Source of the DNA: Octopus bimaculoides
Lineage: Eukaryota
Assembly (NCBI RefSeq): GCF_001194135.2
Contig: NC_068981.1
Coordinates: forward strand, 8,346,357 to 8,410,356
Direction of reading: 5' to 3'
Length of the DNA stretch: 64,000 nucleotides
Each line of letters starts with the position of its first letter. The stretch's first letter is position 1. The notes beneath the pieces were generated by a model. That model saw only the letters and a list, made by a program, of their open reading frames with translations. It was not told the DNA's origin and ran no database searches. The position numbers and the translations under genes are program-made. Of the stretch, positions 40,750-52,560 are shown one piece after another.

Positions 40750-41659
40750 GCTTCTGTGAGAGTCAGAATATTCTTTAGTTGTTCGCGACGATTTCTAAGT
40801 AGGTTCTCTGTCTAGTCCAGTGGTGTCAGCAGTTTATCATGAGAGGGAGTTTATCGTGCAACAGTGTACGGAATCTACTTTAAAGAAGGAAATTTCATGG
40901 AATATATGGTTGGACAAGAAACCAAAGACATCAGTAAGGCCTCACAGATGCATCAGTTACAATCAACATTGTGAATCTCAGGAAGAAAAATTGGTTAACA
41001 TCTTGTTTGGTTCCTCACTTAAGTTGACAAAATTCTGTCACGTAGAATTATTATAAATTCCGACACGCACCTTATATATNNNNNNNNNNNNNNNNNNNNN
41101 NNNNNNNNNNNNNNNNNNNNNNNNNNNNNNNNNNNNNNNNNNNNNNNNNNNNNNNNNNNNNNNNNNNNNNNNNNNNNNNNNNNNNNNNNNNNNNNNNNNN
41201 NNNNNNNNNNNNNNNNNNNNNNNNNNNNNNNNNNNNNNNNNNNNNNNNNNNNNNNNNNNNNNNNNNNNNNNNNNNNNNNNNNNNNNNNNNNNNNNNNNNN
41301 NNNNNNNNNNNNNNNNNNNNNNNNNNNNNNNNNNNNNNNNNNNNNNNNNNNNNNNNNNNNNNNGTGTGTGTGTGTGTGTGTGTATGTATGTGTGTATATT
41401 TCATGTATAATGTGTTATTAGGCACCAAGTTAAGCCGTTATTCAACAGACTTAAATCTAAAAACATTCCCGTCTTGACCATCCCACTTTGGGGCAGATAA
41501 GAGACTACATTGTCCGTTGTACGGTAAGGCTTGAGGGAGATCTGACTGCTATTTCTGGAAGGTTAAACTCGTTTAATTGACCACACACGAGATACACAAA
41601 CAATATTGCCGATTTTCTGAAAACTAGAAACATCACCATGAGGCGCGCGCGTACGCATG

Positions 41660-41709
<50 letters not shown>

Positions 41710-42633
41710 TTGAAATGTTGTTGAAAAACTGGGTTGGAAGAGTAGTTATGAGAGAAGAGACTGTATGTGTGTGAGGGAGAGAGAAAGGAAGGAATTAATC
41801 GAATGTAAGAATAAGCAAATTAGTTGAAGTCGAAAGATGAGAAGACAAGAAAAGAGAATGGAGAGAGAGAGATTCTATTGTTTGGAATCTTCTTGTAGTG
41901 TTGTGTGACCATTAATGGCCAGACAGAAGCCAACACCTTCACTGGACACGACAGGAATTAGTCCAATTAATGCAGTTGACAATGGTTGATAATATATAAC
42001 AGAGCTGGACGGACACCTTGCAGGTAGTAAATGGTGTATACGTGCCCAGGGATGTGGAGTACTGTGTGTGTGTGTGTGTGTACATACATATATGTAATGG
42101 TTGTGTGTGTACATGTATCTGTCGATGAGTGTATGCGTATTACTATGTGTAAATACGTACTGGTTTACTTTGTGTGTGTGTGTGTTACTGCTAGTATAAG
42201 TTGTTGTGCGTATAAATGTGCTGCTGTGTGAATATGTAACTACATGATATGTGTGTGTTTTTGTGCGTAAATATATGTTGCTGTGTATGTATGCGTGAGT
42301 GTGTGTGTGTGTGTACGTTATTCTATATGTGTGTGTGTGTGTGCGCATAAACGCAAATTATGAGCCAAGAAGCCTCCATTTAATTTATACCAAACTTAGT
42401 CTCACAGGAAAAAATAAACGTTCGGAGGTAAGAATACGTGAAATATATATCGAAACATCATCGATAGGGATCGATCAAAGCAAAGAAATAGAAAAAAAAA
42501 CAAAAAATTACTGCACAAACAATTGATAGGAATTTTAGGGTTTTTAACGACGGAGTGACCAATCCCCGATTTTGTGTCCACATTATTATAATTGGATACA
42601 AAACATCAATGATACAAGTATTATCAACATTGA

Positions 42634-42675
<42 letters not shown>

Positions 42676-43734
42676 CATCATCAATAGACTTCAATATGAG
42701 AAGATTTATGATGTAACAGACATGGTGTTGATGGTAACGGTGGTAATGGTTGTGTTGGCGAGAAAATATCGCAGCAAAAAATCGTTTAACCACACATTAA
42801 ACTAAGATGGCCATTTTCTTATACATACATGTGTGCGTGAGCATATATGTGTATATAGGGAGGCACAAAAGGAGAGAACGAGTTGGGGAGAGGTTGTATG
42901 GTTATGAAGTTCGCTTCGTAACCACGTGGTTTTAGGTTCAGTCCTACTGCACTGCACCTTGTGCAAGAGACTTCCATAGCTCTGGGTCGACGAAAGCTTT
43001 GTAAGTTTGGCAAGCAGGAATTGAAACAAACCCGTCATATATTATACACGCGTGTGTGTGTGTGTGTGTGTGTCAGCCTCATCATCATTTAACGTCCTCT
43101 TTCCCTGCTGGCATGGGTTGGATGGTTTGACAGGAGCTGACAAGTCAGAAACCTGCACCACGCCTTATTGTCAGATTTGGTATGGTTTCTACGGCTGGAT
43201 ACCCTTCCTAGCAACAGATGCATTTATATATTATATATAATTCCGTGTGCGTATGTGTATATGTGTGTGTGTTTATGCCTACACTTCACTGAAAATTGCT
43301 GAGCTAGAAACAGTTGTAATAACTGTTGACATTTTGCCACTCAACAAACTCTCCATTTACTTTGCACCTTGAAAGACGAGTGAAATAAGAGACCCTTTAC
43401 TTGAAAACAGTTAAGACACTCAGCTGTAATACAAGGGCCTCAATTCAAGATACGGTTGAGGTTTTCTACAGCCAGATGGTCTTCCTATCACCAGCCATCA
43501 TCTGTTTCCAAGTAAGGTAGTATATACTTTAGTCCTTTCAACAAGAACAGCACATGGCCGGACATGATTTCACAGAAGATTGCAGACAAACATACATACG
43601 TATGTGAGAGAGAGAGAGAGAGAAAATGTCTCCTTCCTTGTCTCGACATTTTGCCTGCTCATTGTAAGCAAATAACACTGTTGTACAGACTATGCTGTCT
43701 GCAATCTTGGAAAAAATCAACTCCAGCCAAATAT

Positions 43735-44170
43735 ATCATCATCATCATTTAATGTCTGTTCTCCATGCTGGAATGAGTTGGACAGTTTGACCAGAACTGG
43801 CAAACTAGAGAGCTGCACCAAACTCCAGTATGATTTGGCATGGTTTCTACAGCTGGATGCCCTTCCTAACACCAACCACTTTACAGAGTGTATTGAGTGC
43901 TTTTATGTGGCACTGGCACAGTGCCAATCTTGCAGGCCAATCATCTTCACCAAGGAGAGCAGCCTTATCGCTTCTGTTGTGGGATACGGGCCTTCTTGGG
44001 TACAGTAAGGTGCCAGGCATCTCGTCTGAAAGGTTCAGTGTCCTAAGGTCATTCTTCAGTACTTCATCCCATCTCTTCTACATGCTCCATCTACTTTGAG
44101 AGATTGGCACTTCTTTATCGAGCTGTCAGCATCCATCCACATCACATGACCAAACCAGCACTCTCGTCTC
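43735..44170 (-). mobile_element. RTE LINE 3' end (ORF2 C-terminus plus about 300-bp UTR and GAT tail)
   Basis: The reverse complement encodes the WFGHV...KKC...WDEVLKNDLRTL-type C-terminus, continuous with the abundant GGCATCCAGCTGTAGAAA...CCAACTCATTCCAGCATGG...(GAT)n tail. Confidence 0.8.
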
Positions 44171-45162
44171 TTTTACATAAATTTGCAGTTGATTCATCAA
44201 AAATGATAAATTTTAGGACTCAAACTGCATTGCTGTTTAAGCAACGTTCCAAAACAATACTTTTAAGTAAAAGTTTTAATTAATGCTTTTAATTAATGCT
44301 TTTGAAACCAATGAGTGCATATGCAGGTGATCATTTTGCATGCGCCTGTCCAGACACATACATATGTACACTCATAAACACACATATATACACAGAATTA
44401 TATATTCAGGCACACATACATACAAACATGTATACATGCTTATATACATATACTCACAGAGATATGCATGCGTCCACACACACACACACACGTTTAATTA
44501 ACAGGTTTTATTGATACATGTTTTGATATATTATAAATCACATTATCGACCAGACTATTGGATGTTATACATCGCTGGTCACAATGTACTTTGCACTGTT
44601 TTAGCTTTCAAATGATGCTACCCTGCTGGCTGGGTAAACAGGCCAACATTCCCCCTGAATGGAAGGCTAATCCCTCACAGGGTTATCCATTTACAGCTGA
44701 GTGGACTGGAGCAACGTGAAATAAAGTGTTTTGCTCAAGAACACAATGTGCAGCTGGTCTGGGAATAGAAACCACGATTGATTGGTCATGAGTGCAACAC
44801 ACCTAACCACTAGGCCAGACACCTATATATATATATAAATACATCGCACTACATAATGTTTTCAACTGTCAGTTCATATATTAATTCAAACATAGCTGTG
44901 CCTTTCTATTGGACATTTCTAATACATTTTTTGCCCTACACTACTTATTTGGAGTTAAAATTTCTAATCTCCTTACTCATCTAGAGAGAGAACGTCTCTG
45001 ATACCTTCTTATATTTTCAAATAACTGTTATAGCCCTTAGTTATAGCTAATATCCAACATGACTTGCATCTCTTTCTCATAAGGATAAAACTATGAGTCT
45101 CCTAGATACAATTCTTCTGCTATATCCTTTCTCAAGTTCATTGAAATTTTGTTTATACTTCC

Positions 45163-45269
45163 TGCACTGAAGAGTACAATGATATATATTATTAAATTAA
45201 TTTAATCTAATTCAATTCAATCATGAATTTGCATTATTTTTATATCTCTGTACGAAACGATCATCTGCA
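45163..45269 (+). ncRNA. Minimal type I hammerhead ribozyme motif (HHR-A), one mismatch in stem III
   Basis: Stem I TGCA (45163-66) / TGCA (45266-69). Core CTGAAGA (45167-73). Stem II GTACA (45174-78) / TGTAC (45249-53), extended by GATATA/TATATC. GAAA (45254-57). Stem III region C-GATC-A-T-C, i.e. the palindrome CGATCG with a G>A change. Predicted cleavage after C45265. Confidence 0.6.
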
Positions 45270-45363
45270 TGAATTAAAATTCTCGTATATTTTAACAACT
45301 TGCCTTCTCCATTTTTAACTAAACCTGATGAGTTTTTTGGGACTTCTTTCCATAAATTCACCA

Positions 45364-45402
<39 letters not shown>

Positions 45403-45542
45403 GATTCACTCAAGCGTAACAATACTAATAACCAGTTGTTAGAACTCAATATACATATGTTCTGGATGAAACATTTGACAAGTAAAAACAATATAAATTA
45501 ATGAAAAACACAGGAATAAGAATTATGTAATCAACTTCATTT

Positions 45543-45621
45543 GCTTACAGCTGTTTCTGCTATAAGAAGCAGTGCACTCAGAGCTGAATGTTTGTGCAGC
45601 ATCTTATGACTTCTTCAGAGC
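45543..45621 (-). ncRNA. Minimal type I hammerhead ribozyme motif (HHR-B), degenerate stem II
   Basis: Minus strand reads GCT-CTGAAGA-AGTCATAAGA...TCTTATAGCA-GAAA-C-AGCT-G-TA|AGC. Stem I is 3 bp. Stem II has 7 WC pairs, 1 wobble and 2 mismatches, including the 10.1-11.1 pair. Stem III is the palindrome CAGCTG. Confidence 0.5.
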
Positions 45622-46499
45622 CATTAAAATTAAGTGTATGCTTATTTCAGAAAGGATTTAAATACACGGAAATAATTCTCAGAAACAGCTGTAAGCTAAT
45701 TATGTAATTTCCTGCTGTTATTCAATAGTATATTACACACACAACACACATATATATACATATATATATATATACACGTATATATATACACACATATATA
45801 TATATATATNNNNNNNNNNNNNNNNNNNNNNNNNNNNNNNNNNNNNNNNNNNNNNNNNNNNNNNNNNNNNNNNNNNNNNNNNNNNNNNNNNNNNNNNNNN
45901 NNNNNNNNNGGTTCTTTTCAGTTTCCATCTTCCAAATCTACTCACAACGCTTTGGCTGGCCCAGTGTTGTAGCTCAAAGGGATGTACAGTGGGACTGAAA
46001 CGTGACACCACACGGTGGCGACTTCTTAACCCTCCAACTCTTGTTTTCTGGCTTTCTAAGTAACAGAAGGTGTAAACAAAGATTGCCATGGAGAGTGGAG
46101 TTTCTTTCAACTTTGGGGTGAGGAGGGAAAACAGAGGAGTGTTACTATATCTTTTTATGTACGACAGGTACAATGGGGTCACACAGTATTATCTCTGCAC
46201 ACTTGAAGAAACAGAAGGAATGTTTCATTTTCCGTCTCCAATGCAACAAGTTTAACACCTTAGTAATCAAATTACTCTGTCAAATGTTTATTCACATTTG
46301 TTTTGCATTAACAATGCATTACCTTGTAACTTCGACTTTTCATTAATGTGATTGCTTATTTCTAGAATGACATTGTAGGACCAGTGTGAGAGGCTGGATC
46401 TGGTTGGTTTTCACATAAAACAAGGAGAACATTTGGGTCGGATATGGGGGCTGGTTTAAATGCTAAATAAACTGTTCGATCAACCCCACCTAATGCAGT

Positions 46500-47960
46500 T
46501 CTATCCTAGTTCTATCCTTTAGCTCTCCTCCTAGTTTTTCCTTCCATTTTTGATGCTAGGGTGGGCAGTTTAACAGGGTCCAATGAGTTGGGGTACAGCA
46601 TCAGTTTAATACCCTTCCTAAACTCAACCACTTTCTGGAACGTACAAGGGAATTTTTTGTATGGCACCAGGCATAAAAAAAGGAAAACAAGTAGGAGGGT
46701 GACAGTGAAGAATGTCAGAGAGCAGGCAGTGTTGAAGGGGGGGGATGAAAAGGACGGGAAGAACAGAAGAGGTTTGTGCCACAGGGTCGATGAGAGCAAG
46801 ATGAAGGGGGGTGGGTTGTGTAGGCAGCATCCTATGCAATCTCAAGGTATAAGCGGTAAATAGAAGAAACATGTGTGGAAGGAAAGGGACATGAAAGAGA
46901 GAATATATGAAGATAAGTGATCCAGAAAGAAGAGCAGAGAAATGTAAGGGAGAGGAGGAAGAGCAGAGAAAGGTAGGGAGAAGAGAAAGAGGAAAAGGGG
47001 TGGAGGAGGAGCAGAGGAATGTGAGGAGAGAGAGGAAAAGGGAGAGGAGGAAGAGCAGAGAAAGGTAGGGAGAGGAGAGAGGAAAAAAGAAAGAAGGAGG
47101 AGCAGAGAAATGTGGGAGAGGAGAGAGAGGNNNNNNNNNNNNNNNNNNNNNNNNNNNNNNNNNNNNNNNNNNNNNNNNNNNNNNNNNNNNNNNNNNNNNN
47201 NNNNNNNNNNNNNNNNNNNNNNNNNNNNNNNNNNNNNNNNNNNNNNNNNNNNNNNNNNNNNNNNNNNNNNNNNNNNNNNNNNNNNNNNNNNNNNNNNNNN
47301 NNNNNNNNNNNNNNNNNNNNNNNNNNNNNNNNNNNNNNNNNNNNNNNNNNNNNNNNNNNNNNNNNNNNNNNNNNNNNNNNNNNNNNNNNNNNNNNNNNNN
47401 NNNNNNNNNNNNNNNNNNNNNNNNNNNNNNNNNNNNNNNNNNNNNNNNNNNNNNNNNNNNNNNNNNNNNNNNNNNNNNNNNNNNNNNNNNNNNNNNNNNN
47501 NNNNNNNNNNNNNNNNNNNNNNNNNNNNNNNNNNNNNNNNNNNNNNNNNNNNNNNNNNNNNNNNNNNNNNNNNNNNNNNNNNNNNNNNNNNNNNNNNNNN
47601 NNNNNNNNNNNNNNNNNNNNNNNNNNNNNNNNNNNNNNNNNNNNNNNNNNNNNNNNNNNNNNNNNNNNNNNNNNTGAGGAGAGAGAGGAAAAGGGAGAGG
47701 AGGAAGAGCAGAGAAAGGTAGGGAGAGGAGAGAGGAAAAAAGAAAGAAGGAGGAGCAGAGAAATGTGGGAGAGGAGAGAGAGGAGGAGCACAGAAATGTA
47801 GGGAGAGGAGAAAGGAGGAGTAGAGAAATATAGGGAGAGTGAAGAGAGAGAAGGGGCAGAGAAATGTAGGGGAATGAATCCAGCCCCCAACACCTTCCCC
47901 CTGCCCCCTTCTACATTTGCCCCAAAGATCAGGATTTTCTCCAGTTCCAACAGGTCTACA
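46500..47960 (-). mobile_element. RTE-type 3' end with long pyrimidine-rich UTR (spans a gap)
   Basis: Minus-strand KILIFGANVEGGRGK (about 47950-47890), then an AG-rich (plus strand) degenerate tandem repeat, then the family tail motif CCCTTCCTAAACTCAACCAC near 46610. Confidence 0.5.
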
Positions 47961-47964
47961 GCAC

Positions 47965-48268
47965 TGTCTGCTACGACGAGGGTTCCAGTTGATCCAATCA
48001 ATGGAACAGTCCTGCTCATGAAATTTACATGCAAGTGGCTGAATACTCCACAGATATGTGTTCCCTTAACATAGTTCTCAGGAAGATTCAGTGTGATACA
48101 AAGTGTGACAAGGTTGGCCCTTTGAATTACAGGTAAAACTCATTTTTGTCAGCTGCATGGACCAGAGCCACATGAAATAAGGACACAAGATGCCACCAGG
48201 GATCATACTTGTGACCTTGCAGCCATGAGCTGAAGGGCCACATACCCTAACCGCTAAGCCAAAACAGG
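47965..48268 (-). mobile_element. SINE family B copy
   Basis: Reverse complement of the family B consensus, from GCTACGACGAGGGTTCCAGTTGATCC to CCCTAACCGCTAAGCC. Confidence 0.75.
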
Positions 48269-48589
48269 CAATAGAACCTTGTGCCATCCAACCTCTCTGC
48301 CAGCATGGAAAACAGACATGATGATGATGATGATTTCCCATGTCTGCCAGGGTCAGATGGAATTTGTTAAGGCAGATTTTACTACGGCTGGATGCTCTTC
48401 ATTTCATCAACCCTCACCTGTTTTCAAATAAGATAATGTTTTCCCTGTTTTCACAAAAGATTAGAAACAGAGTGTGGATGGCAGTCATGGCTGCTTAAAA
48501 CTATCATGACACACACACGTAGAAGACATACAAACACATCGATCTTACCTATTTCTTTATAGACTGAAAAAAATGAGGAACCACCTTAA

Positions 48590-48811
48590 CCCTTTCGTTA
48601 CCATATTTCTGTTGAGATGTTCTGTGTTTCTTTCAATTAATTTTAAATATAACAGAGAACTTAGTAGAATAACTTAGTTATCATTCAGCTAGTGTTAGGA
48701 ATGTAAATTGTGACTAAGGTTTGGTGGAAGATTTTAATTCAGAATGTTTGAAAAGAAGACATTTGTATTACAGAGCCAGAGGCGGATTCAGCCGGGTGGG
48801 TATCAAAAGGG
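48590..48811. mobile_element. piggyBac-type MITE family 2
   Basis: TTAA (48586-89) | CCCTTTCGTTACC ... GGTATCAAAAGGG | TTAA (48812-15). The 13-bp TIR matches at 11 of 13 positions. Diverged relative at about 9040-9265. Confidence 0.8.
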
Positions 48812-49333
48812 TTAACTGATTTTCAACCTTTATTGGTTTCTACAACACTCAACTATTCCCAGGGAGATGAGCAGCATAACCATTTATTTACACATCACTA
48901 ATTGGAGCTACTAATTTGCATATCATTAATATTAATGGTTTGCCAATGGAGAACCCAGCCCACACAGTATCAAGATAGAGTATATATAAAAACCTACACG
49001 GACACACAGACATATGTGCATATGTGTATGTGTGCATTTATCTAAGTGTATATATGTAAGTGACTCCCGTGCTGATAGCACGCAAAAAGCACCATTCAAG
49101 CATGGTTGATGCCAGTACCGCCTAACTGGCCCTCGTGCCGGTGGCACGTAAAATGCACCCACTACACTCTCAGAGTGGTTGGTGTTAGGAAGGGTATCCA
49201 GCTGTAGAAACCTTGCCAGATCAGATTGGCGCCTGGTACAGCCTTCTGGATTGCCAGCCCTCTGTCAAACCGTCCAACCCATGCCAGCATGGAAAGCAGA
49301 CGTTAAACGACAATGATGCTATGTGTATATATT

Positions 49334-49371
<38 letters not shown>

Positions 49372-49928
49372 ATATAATATATATATACAACAGGGTTCTT
49401 TCAGTTTCTGTTTACCAAATCTACTCACATGGCTTTGGTTAGAATGATAGACTCTTGTAAAAGGTGCCACACAGTGGGACCGAACCCAAAACCGTGTATA
49501 AAAAGTAAACTCCTTAAGCACACAGCCATGCCTGCATCTGTGTTTATGTATGTGGGTTCTACTGCTAGGTGCCCTTCCTAATGCCAACCACTTCATAAAG
49601 TGTGGACTGGGTGCATTTTTGTGCCTCTGGTACAAATGAGTTTGCCATGTAACTTGCAAGATTACAAAACTTAATGGTGTGGGACAAGTGTAGGGCTTTA
49701 TGCAAGGAAATGAGGGGTTAAAATATGAGAGAAGAAGGGGATAGAGTAAGTTCCTGCTGTAGAGGAGATACATGGCTGGTCCCATTTAGAAGAGAAGGTA
49801 AGAATGACCAGTAAGAACTGGCAAAAGGTAAACAGTGGTGAAGAGGTGTGCAGGTGATCTTTCAAGGTTTGAGGGGAGGGTAAAAGTGAGTCAGAACAGA
49901 GGAATTAGGAGCATGTGTGTGTATATAC

Positions 49929-49963
<35 letters not shown>

Positions 49964-50385
49964 CATATAAAATCATTTAATATCCACAATTACAAAAGAG
50001 CTACTAGTAATTTCATGTACAAAAGATGACAAAGATTTTGGTTTTTTTTCTTCTCNNNNNNNNNNNNNNNNNNNNNNNNNNNNNNNNNNNNNNNNNNNNN
50101 NNNNNNNNNNNNNNNNNNNNNNNNNNNNNNNNNNNNNNNNNNNNNNNNNNNNNNNNNNNNNNNNNNNNNNNNNNNNNNNNNNNNNNNNNNNNNNNNNNNN
50201 NNNNNNNNNNNNNNNNNNNNNNNNNNNNNNNNNNNNNNNNNNNNNNNNNNNNNNNNNNNNNNNNNNNNNNNNNNNNNNNNNNNNNNNNNNNNNNNNNNNN
50301 NNNNNNNNNNNNNNNNNNNNNNNNNNNNNNNNNNNNNNNNNNNNNNNNNNNNNNNNNNNNNNNNNNNNNNNNNNNNNNNNNNNNN

Positions 50386-50419
<34 letters not shown>

Positions 50420-50425
<6 letters not shown>

Positions 50426-50835
50426 GTGGAGGTGTAGCTATATAGTAAGAAGCTTGCTTCCCAACCATATGGTTCTGGGTTCAGTCCCACTGCATGGTAC
50501 CTTAGCCAAGTGTATTGTACTACAGTCTCAGGCTGACCAAAGCCTTATGGATTTGGTAGACAGAAACTGAAAGAAGCCCATTGTATATATATCTGTATGT
50601 ATGTATATATATATATATATATTTATGTGTGTGTGTGTTTGTCTTCCCACCATTGTTTGACAACCGATGATGGTGTGTTTATGTCCTCGTAACTTAACAG
50701 TTTGGCAAAAAAGAGACCGATAGAATAAATATTAGGGTTACGAAGAATAAGTTCTGGGGTCGATTACATTGACTAAAAACCCTTTAAGGCAGTGCTCCAG
50801 TATGGCCACAATCAAAATGACAAGTAAAAGAAGAA
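50420..50835 (+). mobile_element. SINE family A, full-length copy
   Basis: Head GTAAGAAGCTTGCTTCCCAACC to 3' module GTGCTCCAGTATGGCCACAATCAAAATGACAAGTAAAAG. Confidence 0.8.
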
Positions 50836-50849
50836 AGTGTGTGTGTTGG

Positions 50850-52560
50850 CCTAACATCAGTTCCGCTCTGCTTTCCATGGAGGGGTGGCTTTCTCAAGCT
50901 CTCTCTCTCTCTCTCCATTCAACTCGATTCTATCATTTCCTCCATAAGGCTCAACATTTTGACATCCGTCTTCTTCATTTCATCCCACATCTTTCTGAGT
51001 CTCTCGCTCTTTCACAGGTTCCATTCACATTGAGTGACAGGTACTTATTTACACACCTGCCCTCATCTATAGGCATTCCAACATGGTCTTCTCCCTCTTG
51101 CACACCACATCCGATTCCATTGAAGCCCGGTTTCTCTCTCAATACATTCCTAAGGATACTCCTGGTCATTCCAGGCCCATCCATTTCCCATGCACTCTTT
51201 GAATGAAAGTTACTCCTGCATATCTGCCATTTACAAAATCAGCATTTTTTTTTTGTTAACCTGCTCATCATTCCACTGTAACTCCTGTGCATCCATAGAT
51301 TGCACTGGCTGCACCATCCAAGGAATTTCAACCAACAATTTTTCTGTATACTGAGAAAAGTCATTTCACTCATGGTAGACCCTTTCTCTCCCATATATTC
51401 TCTACATTTAATAGCCTTCCATCGCTCTTTCTTTTCAGAATCACTGAATGTTCTATTATCCATCCATAAAACACTCCTCATCCACAAAATCTTGATTCTT
51501 TGATACACTGCCATGTATCTGGATCACCTCAGGTTTCTGCTACTCGTGTTGTAGAACATTAACAAACCACAACTAATCTGCTTCTTTCCTTGATAAATAT
51601 ACCTGTTGCTTCTAGCTACCTTGTTTGTTGTCCCAGTCTTTTCAAACTTGTTTCTTCACTTTTATTGTTCTGTCAACCTCACACGTTGGAACCTTACTCT
51701 AGTTGCAGATTTGGTCTGTATGCCTCACCAGGTTATCCTGTAAGAACTTTCCCCTTGTCCATGTTATATACCTCAATTTCTTGCTAATACATCTCTAAAT
51801 TTCTGGCTCTTTAAGTCTCTATATCTTCCTTTTCTAAATTGATGAGTACCCCTGAATCCATTTAACTCTAAATCTTAAATCACTATTCACTAACCAATGT
51901 TAGGTTACATTCTTCACCAGGAAGGATTTTGCATTCATAAGCATCTGTTTAACCATTTTTCTATTGAGAATGTAATCAGTCCAATTTGTGTGTCCATCAA
52001 AATTACAGGTGATCTGATAGCTGGCTGGTTTCTTGAAGATAGTGTCACACATAACTAAGCCATCAGTGTCATAGAACTCTGCTAGTTCTGCACCTCTTTC
52101 TTCCTCAAACCAAAAATGTAACTTCTATGCACATCAAGGGATCCACTAAGCACTGACCAACATGTCCATTAAAGTCACCAGCCACAATGATTAACTTATT
52201 GTCATTCATCACCGAGGCAGTCTGCAAGAGAGTCTCATAGAATAGGTCCTGCTGTTCATCTGCCAGTCCAGATTGAGGAGTGTAAGAACAGTTTACACAC
52301 TGACTTTGGTCATTCAGTTTCACCACCCACACCATCATCCTCACAGCTCACCCAGAAAAATTTATACCTTTGTTCCTTGTCATGAAGTGGCTGATTGAGG
52401 CTCCCCTCCATCTTACCTCTTGTTCACAACACACACCTCCACTCTAGCATTTCTATAATCTCTCTGGACCTATTTTTCATTGTGCCTACACTGATAGTGA
52501 TAGCTCTAAAGTTCTGGACTCGATAGGAAGAGTGAAGGGGTAGCTGGGGGATTGGTTTAA
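50850..52560 (-). mobile_element. Internally deleted RTE LINE (endonuclease to ORF2 C-terminus, short 3' tail)
   Basis: FRAITISVGTMKNRSREIIEMLEWRCV (endonuclease start). SYTPQSGLADEQQDLFYETLLQ...IIVAGDFNGHVGQ (APE motif GDFNGHVG). ORF2 C-terminal VLREKPGFNGIGCGVQE...LNVNGTCERAR, then the family tail CCATGGAAAGC. Confidence 0.85.

Noticed and set aside
40843-40971. Protein-like frame EGVYRATVYGIYFKEGNFMEYMVGQETKDISKASQ
   Set aside because: Short, bounded by stops, no convincing splice pair and no recognisable family.
47021-47790. About 110-bp purine-rich sequence repeated on both sides of a gap, and the long ORFs across it
   Set aside because: Probably a collapsed tandem array or overlapping contig ends. 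The ORFs are mostly N-derived X residues.
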